A DNA stretch of 64,000 nt from Bugula neritina (Eukaryota > Animalia > Bryozoa): the NCBI GenBank assembly GCA_964035545.1, contig OZ037771.1, positions 10,544,480 through 10,608,479 on the forward strand, read 5' to 3'. The notes under the pieces are model-generated. The model had not been told where the DNA came from, made no database searches, and saw only the letters and a list, made by a program, of their open reading frames with translations. A program made the position numbers and the translations under genes. This document shows positions 12,201-26,000 of the stretch, piece after piece; position 1 is the first letter of the stretch, and each line of letters starts with the position of its first letter.

Positions 12201-12956
12201 GGCAAGTAGAGCCCAACTATTTCCTGTGAAAGTATGAGGAATGGCAGCTTACAACCAGGACCTTCTTGTTGAATTATGTAATCCTATAAGTTCTATAGAC
12301 ACTTACCCACAAACTCACGGCTCTCTGTCGCCAACTCTTCCCAAAAACAAAATTTGGTACAATAATAGCCAATCAAATGAAGGCGACTGACTGAACACTC
12401 AGTATACTTACATGGTTTGACGTATTAGGAGTAACCAAACTGCTAGTACTGTAATGCCTAACTCGCAGCTTTGTGTCAACAGGCCGAAAACCCGATTGAG
12501 AAGGACTTCGCTCAAAAAGGCGTACGGCATTCAAGCTACAACAAAGAAGAAAATCTGCATCACAAAAACATCGCAACCGCAAAACTAGCTTAGTTGTCTT
12601 GAAGCACTTCAAGTTGATACTAAGCAGTCTTGAGACATGATCCCAGACTCAACTGTCTACTAGACTTACATGCCAGTAAGACTTACCTGCCTGTGACATT
12701 TACCTATCTACTAAATTTACCTATCTGCAAGGCTTACCTGGCCAAGAGATTTACCTGTCTACAAGATTTACCTGAGAGATTTATTGGTTGGTTTGTCAGT
12801 GTCATCGAGGGTGTGATTGCGAGTAGTGTTTGAGAGAGGAGGTGGCTCCTCACTGCCAGCTATCAAGTTAATCATAGGAGCACTAGAGCTCCTCTGTAGA
12901 GTAGAGCCTGCTGTGTGGGGTGGCAGATCCCCATCCACTTCCATCTCAGATGCCAT
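9293..12956 (-). CDS. FAM122A: FAM122/PABIR family protein (PP2A-B55 inhibitor), 7 coding exons, ~418 aa
   Basis: Exons (minus strand) 12956-12772, 12535-12412, 11699-11550, 10795-10646, 10468-10303, 10032-9846, 9587-9293, all GT-AG and in phase. Family motifs: MASEMEVD, LQRSSSAPMI (cf. LRRSNSAPLI), SRVHQIKHDEE...HERRLQTSMQMSQSWDE (cf. SRLHQIKQEE...HEREVQTAMQISHSWEE), SPSPTR.G.QCFSPSMQ, RRSLSPI.LKPS...KRK. An acceptor at 12973-12974 implies a non-coding upstream exon. Confidence 0.92.
11365..11560 (-). repeat. 20-bp minisatellite starting at the FAM122 exon-3 donor
   Basis: Minus-strand unit ~TAAGTGTCACATCACTGTAA, about 9 copies; several keep GTAAGT or GTGAGT. Confidence 0.85.
12650..12785 (-). 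repeat. Degenerate 17-bp tandem repeat of the FAM122 first-coding-exon donor
   Basis: Minus strand: CTCAG|GTAAATCTTGTAGACAG GTAAATCTCTTGGCCAG GTAAGCCTTGCAGATAG GTAAATTTAGTAGATAG GTAAATGTCACAGGCAG GTAAGTCTTACTGGCAT GTAAGTC. Confidence 0.8.
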
Positions 12957-15006
12957 TTACTAACACAGCTTCCTGCAACTAATAGATGCCTCTGTTTGAC
13001 ATTAAGAGTCCATGACTAAACTGTAATGAGTATATATATGTATATGTAAGGGTTAGCTCTGCTTCTGCACGATTGATTAGAGTATTGCAAAAACTTACAG
13101 TCTTAAATAAAGTACATTAGCACTTTACTCATCCGAAACTGAGGTTAAACATGATGTATAAATACCATATCATTAAATATCTATAATTGTTGAAAATTTA
13201 TTAACCAATATTTAGTAAAGTTATTTACAATATTGTACATGTCTTATTAACTACTGCTTTAGCTATTTGTTTTTAGCATTTTAACTAGGTTAATTGCTAC
13301 TACATGAGAAATACTGATTGCTGAATTCTTTAAAAAGCCTTTACAAGAAGTAGGAAAGCACAAATTTTGTAACAATGGATAACTTTAAAAGTCATCAGTT
13401 GAGTCAGTCTTTTTGAAATGTTTTAAATGAGTGGTCACAGCCAAAGCAATGCTAAAATGACAATTGTACTAAAAATTCATCAAAATTATAATTTAACAAC
13501 AATTTTCAATTTAAATTTTACAGGGAAAAGCTAAAAACAGATTTTCACCTAATTAGCGGAGACAATGTAAAATCATTAACTCATTATACGTTATATGATG
13601 ATTTACCATAATCTTCAAGTTAACTTTAATCAGAGTGTGACCAAATTTGTTAGTACTGCTCAATAGTGAGTCAAGAGCTTCAAATTGTAACTATAATAGT
13701 TTTAGCTATTGCTAGTATATAAAGTTGAACACTTCATTTGAGTCATTTCACTTAATTTAATGCACACTACATATCTCTAGTTTACAGCCAAGTTTCACAA
13801 TGTACATAGTTTTTTGTCCTAAACTAAAAAAATAATAAAAAATACAGATGAATAATCAAGGATTTTTAAGTTTGGTTGATTTTTTATGTTTTTTTTTAAT
13901 TTTTAGTAAACTAAGTTGCGCGGACCGTGAGGGCTTTTCCACCACAGTCCGAATTTCTGTATTTAGCTCATATAAAAATGATGGTCTGCTTTAACGTTGC
14001 AGGACCCCTCCAAGGCTTTTTTGCTATGCATAGTTAGAATACGCACATAATTTTAATGAATTTTGAACAAACTCTAATTTTTGGTCATTATTTGCTGATG
14101 CATACTGAACAAAGTAAAATGACTCGTTTACTCAATTTGTGAGTGTTGAACTCAACCTGATCTGAATTAAATCTTTTTGCAGTACAAAATGAAGGTGATC
14201 ATCACAATACGTTGGGTAGTACAACAAATGCCGCACAATGTGAAAGCGAAACTGAACATTCACAAATACAATGCTGACATAAAACCACAGCTTATTTTTT
14301 ATTTTAGTTTTGTAAGCCTAAGCACATCTAAGCCCAAGTTAAATTGAGTTAAGTATTGAAATTCCTTATTTCGAATCATTTGTAATAAAGACTTGCAGTT
14401 ATTCTGTAAAATATGGGTCAACTGAAGTCTGAAACAATCAAACGTGAACTTCAATATTTTTAAAAAAACCTAATATTTAAACTTGAAAGTTTTCAGGAGT
14501 ATTTTAATAAAAGTTACTAAAAGCTAACAACATAGCCAAATGACGTTGATAAATGATAAGTAATATAATAAAAAAACCGCTGCAAAATATATTAACAGAT
14601 GAAAATTATCTGAATACGTTTAATCATTATGGGTAAATCAATTTTGAAGCAGCTAAAGATATTAATTACTAGTTAGTAGTTACTATAGAAAAATCGAATC
14701 AAAACAACTAAAATACTTACTAGCTCGAGCACTTCAAAATCCTTATTTCATGTTGAACAAAATTATTCATTTGACTTGCTCAACTAATTAATTTAATTAA
14801 GTGACTATTATTGATTTGTTTGAAATCTTGAAAAATATGCAAATCAAAATGGGAGACTGCTGCTGTAGTTTGGAGGTATTATTACCATTTAGTTGAGTGC
14901 TTTATATTGTTAATTTTTTATAGACCAATAATAAGTAACAATAAATTTTAACTACTGAACTATTTTGTTTTAATATGCTGAATACATGTAGTTACTTTTT
15001 ATTTTC

Positions 15007-15408
15007 AATAGACTTTTTTCGGAGGTCCCCAATGTTTCCCCTTACAATTAAGAGTTGTGTCCTCCCAAAATGAAAATTGTTGAACAAAATAAACTTGAAT
15101 GCATTTTGTACCACTTCAGCACTGCACAGCGTCCAAAACCACAAAAAATGCTTTCAAGTTTCTTTTCTTCAAACTTTTTCATAAAAAAATACTTTTAAAA
15201 AATCTTTGAACTGCTAATATGTGTGCTTATACCAAAATATTTATCCCCTAAAAGAACAATTATATAGCATAATTAGAATTTTAAATAGCAGCCAAACTTC
15301 AAATTTTTAATGAGTTTGCTCTTTATACAAAGGTTCAACCTATTCACTTTGGGAGGAAACAACTCTTAATTGTAAAGGGAATATTGGGGACCTCTGAAAA
15401 GGTTTATT
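15007..15408. mobile_element. MITE-like element with ~65-bp imperfect terminal inverted repeats
   Basis: Left AATAGACTTTTTTCGGAGGTCCCCAATGTTTCCCCTTACAATTAAGAGTTGTGTCCTCCCAAAATGAA is the near reverse complement of right TTCACTTTGGGAGGAAACAACTCTTAATTGTAAAGGGAATATTGGGGACCTCTGAAAAGGTTTATT. Confidence 0.75.
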
Positions 15409-17499
15409 AAATTTATGAGACGCTTAAACAAAAATTGCATATTTTGATTTGATCGAAACAATTCAAAACCTTGAAATTTTTAATTTAAATGGATTGGAGT
15501 AAGCAGGTAATTTGTGGAAATTTTTTCTTTACATATAACTTGCATTTTGACTTTGAGTAATCCAGCTTTAACAAATATCAAAAAAGTGATGTCAACTTGT
15601 AAAAGTTTTACAGCTGCTTGTTAATTCTGAAGATAATCAAGTTAAAAGGCCAAATTGACTAAAGTTCACACACACTATTATGTCTGGGATCAAAATTTTC
15701 TTCTTCCAATCAAAATTGACCAGGCATTGACTTAACACCACTTTAACTCAACTTTGACAGAAACTCTAAGTAAATCTAGGCCGCACTAATATTCAAATTT
15801 TAGTTACTGTAGGTGTATGGTAGAGCCTTGGAATTTTTTAAATAAACATGAATTTAAAATTATTATATTATACCAATATTGTAACTAAAGTAAGTTCCAA
15901 TATAATTCATTATAAATTTTGTAATAAGTAATAATAAGTACTCCAATGTTAATAATTTTACCTACAAAGCATAATTATGATGGTTAGTATCATTATAATA
16001 AAACTCACTCTTAGCATTCATAAAGATATAATATAATTTTCTAGTCTAGGGAGTACACCCATTACTTAAGTCATTAAGAATTTAATTTACAAGCTTAACT
16101 CTCAAAACAAGTCTGTGGTCACTGTGATTTTAGCATGGACCAAAAGTAAAAGATAAATCTAAAGTAAGCTAAAATTAACACTTGATACATTTTAGGCTTA
16201 AAGGTGAGCCCAAGGCCAGAGCAGAGAGAGAGAGAGCCACTTTAAACTTTTTATGACATTTTCACAGCCCCAACACTCATCTACCCAAAATGATTGAAAG
16301 ATTAAAATAGGAGGATAAATAAAAAAAAGATTGTGGAAGAGGATACTTCACCATTTTTCTGTGGCATCCTAATTTGTTGGACTAAGAAACCTGTGGCCCT
16401 ACGGCATCTTTTAGACTAAAATAGTAATCAGTGTAAATGTTTTTTACTTTTAGGGTCCCTCACCCTTTTCTCCAGACTGTGACCATTGCCCAAAACTAAA
16501 TAGTAATTTGCTAATACGAATGTCTAATACTAATAGCCATAATTATAGTAATACTAAATCTAACAGACATCAGTTATACTAGTAGTAACGCTGACACTAA
16601 TGGTAATAATACCACTACTTATGCTTATAGTCTTTCCAATTCAATAATTTATTAAAATAATAAATTAATAATTACTATCATTATCATTATTTAGAATTAT
16701 AATTAGCAGCATTATGCTTATAAATGATAATCACTATAATATTAATTAGTATTAATATAACATTAACAGTAAGTACAACATTGAATTTGATTATGAATTA
16801 TGCATGTTGATATAAAAATAAATTTAATATCACAGTGATGGTCTGTAGTCAAACTCATACTGATCATCATAGTAAATAAACTAAAAGTAAATGTAATGAC
16901 TCATACTCATATTGATACTCATACTGATATTCATACTCACAATGACAGCTAGAGACATTGTGACTGAGTTTTTAATTTAAAGTCTAGAAATAAGAGTCTG
17001 AGTTGAAGTACATTCAATTTCATGACTCATGAGCTTCAGCTTGCGTTAGATTTAGAGTTAATGTAAATGTAACACTAACTGCATTTTATTTTTCAAAACT
17101 GTCAAGTGTAATAACATATATTTGTTTTTGATATTCAACTTTATAGTAACAATTATAATATTAGATATTATATCTAATTTTATACCTTTAAACCCTAGTT
17201 TTTTTAATTACTGAGTTAGAGTGACCAGTTAACATATTTATCAACTTTCAGTTATCATTAATATAAAATTAAATATTATAATTCATAATTATTACTATTC
17301 AAATATTTATTCATTAGTTATTACTATAACACTCAGGTCAGGTGTCATGACAATGGAAACAGTATTTAATACCGGCTCAAACGTAGCCCGTGTTAAAAAG
17401 TTTGCACTGGTCTGCTCCCACTCTTGCAGCCAGTGAAAAGTAAGTTAGGACAAAATGGAAAATCAGAGAAGTTCTAAAACAAGCAGAAAGCAGTGTTAG

Positions 17500-18720
17500 A
17501 ACATTACTGGAATGCAACAACTAAAAATACCTAAACAGCAGACAGCACTTGTTGCAAAAGAGCTGAGCTGATATGATATAGATATTGCAGGTTTGAGTGA
17601 AACTTGGACCGCCCTCAATAATAGCTTTGTTGATAATGGTTAGACATTCTTTTGGAGTAGAAGAGGGGAGGAAGAGAGAAGAGAGTCAAGAGTGGGGTTT
17701 GCTACCAGGAATACAGCTATGCCTTATCTAGAACAAGAACCGACAGCAATATGAATTATTAAGCTCGACACTGCCACTAACAAAGAATAACTATGCCACA
17801 ATAGTGAGTGCTTACGCATCAACGATGACAAATCATGAGGAAAAGAGAAAGGAGTTCCACAATAAACTGAGAAAAACAGTGAAGAATATATCCATCTCAA
17901 ACAAACTAATTATAGCCGGTGACTTCAATGCAAGAGAAGGGTGTGAAGCTCAAAAGTGGCTGGGCGTTATTGGTACTCAAGGAATTAGAAAATGTAATAT
18001 AACACAAATGAGGACTTGCTACTGGTATTTTTTTCTGAATACTAACTTGTTACCAGCAGAACAGTTTTTAAACACATGCATCATAGAGCTACTTGGATGC
18101 ACCCTCGTTCTAAACATTGGCACCTCCTGGATTCTGTGGTTACAAGACAGAAAGATCAGAATGATGTGCTAGATACCAGAGCAATGAGAGGGGCTGATTG
18201 CTCAACCGACCAAATTATGATCAGGTCCAAGCTAGCATTTGCCTTAAGGAAAGCAAATAACAAGACAAGAGGCAACTTAGCTTGCAAGATGAATGTGGGA
18301 AAACTGTAAAATGAGGATGTGTGACAGAAGTTTCAGGAATAGATAGATAAGGCAATGGACTACAAAAGTGATGACGGTGTAACCTTAGAAAAGAGATGAG
18401 ACAGGTTAAAGACCTCAGCCCCCAGCAGAGCTACCAAAGTTCAGAGAGCAGAAAGAAAACATCAATATTGGTTTGATGAAAACGATGCGAAGCTGAATAC
18501 ATTGCCTGAGGAACAAAATAAGTCTAAATCAAAAGCATAACAAAGGAGAACAAGAAATAGCACTGATGGATTAGCACAAGCCCGAAGCAAGTTGCAAAAG
18601 TACACTCGAGAAAAAAAATCTCAATGGCGGGAGAAAAAAGCAGAATCACTCCAACAGGCGGCTGATAAAAACAACGTGAAAACATTTTACAATGACCTTA
18701 GAGAAGTGCATGAGCCTGAG
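17500..18720 (+). mobile_element. Decayed RTE-clade non-LTR retrotransposon fragment (AP-endonuclease region)
   Basis: Frameshifted, stop-interrupted motifs TALVAKELS*YDIDIAGLSET, VSAYA, IIAGDFNAR, TWMHPRSKHWHLLD, DTRAMRGADCSTD, KHQYWFDEND. No RT domain seen. Confidence 0.88.
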
Positions 18721-18850
18721 ATATTGCCAAGAGAAATATGAAATAGAGATCAATCAACTTGAGTTCCAGGCAACAGACAGCTAACAACAGAATTGCGTAG
18801 AGAGCTGCAACCAAATTCAAGCCAAATTCACGAAACAGTTATAGTCACAT

Positions 18851-18852
<2 letters not shown>

Positions 18853-18910
<58 letters not shown>

Positions 18911-18932
18911 GGAGAGGAAGAGAAAGAAAGAG
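18853..18932. repeat. (AG)n microsatellite with poly-G
   Basis: Directly visible. Confidence 0.95.
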
Positions 18933-19649
18933 ACTTCACACTCTGACCAAGTCTAACAGCTACAGTAAGTGAGTAACACTAACTGTAAGTGTAAGTGTAA
19001 CCGTTTAACTTTAAGTTTACTACTAGTACTAGTACTACTAGTATTAGACTATTAGTATTAGTATTAGTATTGCAGTATTACTATTACTATTAGTATTCTG
19101 TATTAGACTTAGTATAAAGTTTTACTCTACTATTATTACTATTAGTATTAGTATTACTATAAGTATAACTATAAGATTAAGTATTACCATTACAGATAAC
19201 TTAGACTCAGATTTAGAGACTATGCGAGTTACACTTACTATGTCTATACTGTAAGTGTAAGACTACGAGTAAGACTAGCCCCAAGTATAATTGCTAAGCC
19301 TAAGGGTTAAACCGCTAAGACCTAAGACTTAATGCTAAAACTAAGAGTAAGAGTAAGAGTAGGTCTATGACTATAGAGTATCAGTATAGAGTTAGACTTA
19401 CTCTTACTCTTAGTTTTACTCTTACAGTTACTCTAACTCTTAGTCTTACAATATGAATATCAATATGATTTTCTAAATAAAATTGGTTACCAGTGTAAAT
19501 GGTTTTGATGAATTATTTAGTTTTTTTTTCAAAAGTAAATTACCAACACTACTATATTTATTATCAATATTATAATGGTAATACTGACTATGGTTAATTT
19601 TATAGTAAAGCTAAATGTAATAACTGTTCTGAGTTTCCACTTTTGTCAA

Positions 19650-20091
19650 CGCAGGCGTGCTTCATATAAACTATAGAAGTATGAATTGTAGATTGAGTTA
19701 TCTTCTTATTTTAATTATTGAGGCGAAAATACACCTACAGGTTTTTATAGTCTATGGCCTATGCAGTGGTTGTGACGATGTTCTGAGACTAGAACGTGTT
19801 CACATTGACATCCGTTAAGAAATTTATTTCGCGCCTGCGATTTATTTGGTATTACCCAAACCACTTTCAAAACTGATTGACTTCTTAGTCATAACGACAG
19901 TGAATGTGATGAAAACTTGATTTAACCGTTGCTGTTTTGAGAAAAAAGTTTAAATAATTTTTTAACCCAGTGTTAGTTTTAACTTGAACTGCTATGTGTT
20001 AAGTATTAGTAACTCAAACTGATTAGAAAAACTAAAAGTAAATATATTTCGGTTTGTAATTCAAGTTCAAGCTGCAATCACCATCATCATC
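19650..20091. promoter_or_regulatory. Probable RanBP2 promoter/5'UTR, possibly bidirectional with FAM122
   Basis: Locally CpG-containing stretch just upstream of the RanBP2 ATG. E2F-type TTTCGCGC at 19827-19834, GGCGAAAA near 19722, CHR-like TTCAAA at 19866-19871. Motif matches only. Confidence 0.4.
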
Positions 20092-23000
20092 ATGTATAAA
20101 TCAAAAGCTAAAGTTGACCAGCAAGTTAACCTTATTCTCGCCAAAGCCCGTGATGATAAAGAGGTAATACTAATAGTAATTGGCAATGCCAATTGCATAA
20201 CATTAACTGTAACATTAAGTTTAACAATAACTCAAAGTCAAACTAAGACTGAGTCACCGTGAAACTGTATCACTAGCTTTACTACAATTTGAATCATTAT
20301 TAATTCAATATGAATATTAGTATTACGGTTATTAGTATTACTGTCAAAGTTATTAACGGTGACACTGACATTAAGTTGGTATAGCATAAGCATGTACTGA
20401 TGTAGTAGTACTATTAGTATTACTATTACTCATATTAGTATTACTATTAGTATTAGTACTACTACTACTAGTAGTAGTTATACTTATAGTTATACAGTTG
20501 TACTTACTCTTATAGTTATACTAATTCAGTAACTTTAATTGTTATTGTAACTCAAACTGTTTGTATTACTGTTAGTATACCGATATGGTGTACCTTTACC
20601 AAGTCTAAGACTAATACTAATAGTAAATGTAATACTAATACACATAGTCAACGTCATACTCGTACTGATAGTCATAGTGATACTCATACTGAAACTGAAA
20701 GTTATTGTTATGCAAACTTACACACCTAATCCCAGTCATTCACATAGAGATAATCATGTTAGTATGTCTGAGTCTCATTCATTCTGATGGTGATACTGTG
20801 ATAGTGTATACTCAAATACTGAACTAGTTAAAGCAGTAAATGTTCTTTCTAGCTGGGGAGTGTTCTTGGTAACCCAACCATACTCATAATGGGAATGTGC
20901 TATAAATGGGCCTATTGGCTATGACATTGACTATAGTTATCAGTATCAATATTGTTGAATTTTTAAAATTATTATTTATTTTTTGTTAGTATTTCTCTTA
21001 GAAGTACTGTTAGTGTTAGAAACACTAATAGTATATTACAGTTACTACTGGTCTTAGTATTAGTCGTCAATTCTGAGTATGACTCATGATCAAAAGCAGC
21101 CACTGCTGGTTTGAAGGATGTTATTATGATATACTTGAAGTATTCTACGACCCCATCAGCCAGTATAATTATATTGAAAATTAGCTAAGTGTATGCTTAA
21201 AGTTATGGGCTAAAACTTGAAGCCTCAGTCTGTAAACTATACATTACAAGTAAAAGTGATGTATTACATTTACTGTTAATGAAAATATTGGTATCAGTTG
21301 TTAATGTTATAATGATAATACTTAGCTTTATCTGATGTTGATTGGGCATCATAAATTTATTTTTACTCCAGTTCTAGGAGGAGTGTAGTTATGAGTACTA
21401 CAATAATGTTTTAACTTAGGGTGACTATAGTTATGAGAAATAACATCAACTATAAGTAGTGTTCTATAAGCCTTACACAGGTACACATAGTTTATAGTGG
21501 TTGCAATCATGTTATCGATGGTAATCATAATCACAAAAACACCACATAGGTAGCTACAGTTTACTGTCTATTTTTTGACTAGTCAATGTTTCAGATTTGA
21601 TAAATTACCTATGCTATGTGTAATATAATTCTTACTCAGCTTTGTGTCTGCAGTTTGATTTTCCCCCATGTGCTGATGATCATTGGGGTTAGTAATTGCT
21701 CGGTGTCTTGAGGTTTATAGGTTTACAACTTGAAGCAAAAGCTAGGAAATCAAAGTGTTTTGTTAGTTTTAGTATGAATAGCTGAAAGCGGTCTCACCCC
21801 AGTGACTCTTGACTAATGCAGCATTTCAGCCTCTCTCTGAAAATAGCTGAACTGTGTTGATGAAATGTACATTAAGGGAAGATATTTGTTTGAAATAGAA
21901 TGTATGCATTAATATGTTATCTCTTGAAAAGTCTGTATGAAAATTGGTGGACAATAGCTGCACACATAGCTATGATTATATACAAAGTATTGGAATTTTT
22001 CCTCACAGTTTACTTTTTAGTGAATATTCTTGCAGGTGCTGGTAGTTTTTTCAAAAGTGGCAATAATTGTTGAAAGGCATTGAGTTTTGTCAAAAGAAAC
22101 TTAATCAGTAATCTCCAGTCAAAATCCTACTTGACTTTATTTTATGAACTGGTTTGTTGTTTATGTGTGTAGTCATGCTAAGTTTGTATTGTAAGTAGCA
22201 AGTGTTATGACTTGGTATTCTTTTGAACATCTAGTTTCACTTTGGTGCTGCTTGAATGCTCATAAACTAATGTATTTGAGGAGAAGGGCAAATGGCATAT
22301 TAGCACACTTTTCTTAAATTTATTGAGTGGGATTAGTGGCTGTGAAGGTTGGCCTGCTCGCACCCTCGTCCTACCAAATTATACAGTGCACTTGTAGCTA
22401 TTTCCTTGCAATATTGATTTTTACAGGTTTAATAGTTAGCAGGCATCTTTTCATTGTTTTTGAATTAGTTGGGGGAATTCCCTGTTCCATTATTTGTTTT
22501 CTTGAATTGATTGGAACAGTATTATACAATACACTACCAATTACTAGAAGCTCTCCTAACGAATAGGTATATTGATCAATCATCAATCAAATTATGCATT
22601 AGAAATAGGGATTTACCAGAGGAAAGTTAATAAACAAACTCTTTCTAGAATTGTTATACCCCACTAAAAATATGCTGCCATTTTATATTTAAACAAGATG
22701 ACTATAAATTCATCTATTGTGTGCATCTCTTGACTTCTTCCACACTAGTAACTCATCTAATGTTTCTAGAGGCTTATTGGCATTGCTGTACACTGCCTAG
22801 CCATGTAGTTAGGCCACGGTATAAATGTGTGTCAGAAGTCAGTATGGGTATAAGGTATTCAACCTAGAAGGTGATTACACTATCCATTGTGGCAGGTGCT
22901 TTGTCAAAGCCAGCAATATTTTCTATTGTAGAAAACTCTCAAAGGATACCAACTAGGAAATCTTTACTTCCAAGCCAAAGAGTATGAACAAGCTAAGAAG

Positions 23001-26000
23001 TATGAATACCTTTAAAATAGTGATTTTCCCAGAGCTAATATTTCACAGCCTACTTTCTAACGTTTTATTACACTTTCTTGTCTATGTGTGTAACACACTT
23101 ACATAGTGTGACTTTAGTTGTATGCATAATGTATGCTACAGACTCTCTGGCCATAATGCTCTAGCGTTAGCATGTTCATATGAAAGTATTTTATATTTGG
23201 CATACATTATGTACTCTACTATGTGCCAGTATTGTCCACTCTTGCTAACTGGTGGAATTACATTTGTTATCCACTAGAATCTAGATTATGTACGATTTAC
23301 CCCTGAATGAAAATGTTGCATTATTTATCTGTTAATTTTCCAGCCCACTTGTATATACTTACTTTGCAATTACACTGTGTGTGGCTATGCCTTTCCTTCA
23401 GATATGTGTCCATGTTCCTGAATGTTAAAGAGCAGTATGCTCCTGCACACAAACTCCTCGCCCAGATATATGAAAGGAGCTCATCACAAGATGACCTCAA
23501 GAAGGCCATTAGCTGCTATAAGAGGTCATATGAACTTGATGATAGTCAAAGTCCTCTGACGCTGAAGAGTGGGTCTCCCTTCTATATAATATGATTCTAT
23601 GTTTCTCTGTTGGTTGAACCATGAATAGATTTCTTGAAATAGTCTCAAATAATGTGTGCAGGTAAGCCAGTCTCTTGCTGCAGTTCAGTATGTTATTGTG
23701 GTGTTACAGTTTGCTCAATATACCTGAGGATTGACATACCTAATGAGATGGCCTCTACAGTTATGTATTGGATAGACAAAGCCAAATTACACTACCCCAA
23801 TGATCCTGTCATATTCAACCTACAGGTGTGTACTACCCTTCATTATATCAACTCCCCACACTATAAGCTTGCTGTAAAAACCCCTCATTAGAACTGGTCA
23901 TCTTGGAATTGGGATTGAATTTTACATGCCAACAGGCTTTTTGACTCCCAACATTATGTTGTGCACAGAACTTGCTTGTCCAAGCGAAAATTTGCAGCAA
24001 ACTTCTTCACTTACATTACCTTTTAGTCTTGCAAAGCTTGCCGACCACAGTGCAGCTCTCACACTGCTCTGCCAATCACAGTGCAGCTCTCACACTGCTC
24101 TGCCAATCACAGTGCAGCTCTCACACTGCTCTGCCTATCATAGTGCAGCTCTCACACTGCTCTGCCTATCATAGTGCAGCTCTCACACCACTTTGCTAAT
24201 CACAGTGCTGTGTTTGAAGACATCTGTTTAGCTAGATGTTACTAAATGATCATAGGCTTACAGAAAATAATGATAGACTTAGTATCTTTCATGGGAAAGT
24301 CTGGAATTGTGGGCACATGTTAACTATTCTAATAGACAGATGTTGTATGTAGCTAATCCAGAACTACCTTTGTTTATTTAGATTTTAGCATGACATCATG
24401 CAAAGATGAAATGACACACTTCAAGAGTTGTGTTCCCTCTTTGTATGCTTCTCTCATAAGTGTTATACTCATGTCATGTTTACTATAGCTCCCATGCTTA
24501 TGAATTTTTATTGTTAAATGGTGTGCAACGTCAAACCAAACATCATGCAACCTTCTCCTATTTTACTGGCATCAACATTGTAATCAGATGGACACAGTGA
24601 ACACACCCTTTAAAGATCAGCTGAAACTTAGAGTACAACTCCTATTTTGTATTGGAGTTGTGGTTATAGTGTTTCTGTATAATGCACTTGGTATTTCTAT
24701 TAAAGAAACTCTGTTTGGATTGAGCAAACCATAGCTGTCTCTATGCTATATTTTATCGATTCATATAACCAGAATTATAATAACTTTTGATACCTTCTAC
24801 CTGCTTCAATATCCAAATTTGATATTGATTGGCTCATGATTTGTCTTCTCTTGTAAAGTTATTTACAAGTTTGCTACATGCTTTGAGGCCATGTTAAGAG
24901 GACAGAGGTTGCTTGTAGACATGTGCATATGGACCGATTGTTGTTTCAGGAAAGACTGATCAGCCAATCACTGAGTGCTGCCACAGATGACTGTGTTGGT
25001 GAAGAGTCGGCAGCAATGGAAGAGCTGCTCACAACCAACTTGGTTAGTCTCTAGTTGATTAGTTGACTGCGTGGAAATATGACTGATTGCAGTATTTGCA
25101 GCTGCATAATAGGTTTGTCCAACAGCTGTGAAGAGTTACAGGGCTGTTGCATCTCCGTGCATAAAATGTGCTGAAAACTGAGACACATGATTATGTTTGG
25201 GACAACTAAAAGTGTTTTTTATTTATACTCGCACTAACAAGCTGACCCATTTCCTGTGATACTCACTATTTACATCCTCTTTGAAAGTGTGTACAAGTTT
25301 TTCATGAAGTGATGATGTATGTCGTGTGTACTTGCAGAGGTCGCGACCTTTAGAGGTCAGTGTCCGTCTCAAGTTACTTCGATGTCTGGAGAGATCACAG
25401 AAGTATGATGTGGCTCTGAGCTACATAAAGGATGTGGTAGAGGAGTGGCCGTACTGTGAGAGCTTTGAGTGGTATAATTACACAGCTAACCTACTCAAGG
25501 TTTGTGCTTTCTTTTGGGTAACTGTCTAGACAGAAAATAAGTCATTATTTTGGCTAGTCAGTATCATTTCAGTAGTTTTTAATCAATATTTTGTGTCAGA
25601 CTATAGCCATTTGCAACCATTCTCTGCTCTAACCAGATTTTGCTCTTCCACCTTGATGCCTGTTTGTTACAGTTTGTTGTAAAAAGTGAAGATGAAACAG
25701 GCTGGTGCTTGTATTTACTCAGCAACTTTGGTGCCGCAAGAACTGCAATAAAAGACAAGCCTGAGAAAGTGGCAGTTGATGTTCTCCAAAGGTGAGAGGG
25801 TTTTGGGGTGAATTTTTTAGGGGAATGGATTGAGATTGGGGGGTAGGTACTTGCATGATGTTTCTGTAATACATATCAAACAATTGTCAGTAAGGTATGT
25901 GACAGGTGCCAGTAAGGTGTGTGACAGGTGCCAGTAAGGTGTGTGACAGGTGTTGGTAAGGTGTGTGACAGGTGTTGCTAAGGTGTGTGACATGTGTTGG

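Noticed and set aside
21600-22900. Possible intronic snoRNA or hairpin RNAs in RanBP2 intron 1
   Set aside because: No convincing C/D or H/ACA box arrangement seen; would need an Infernal/Rfam scan.
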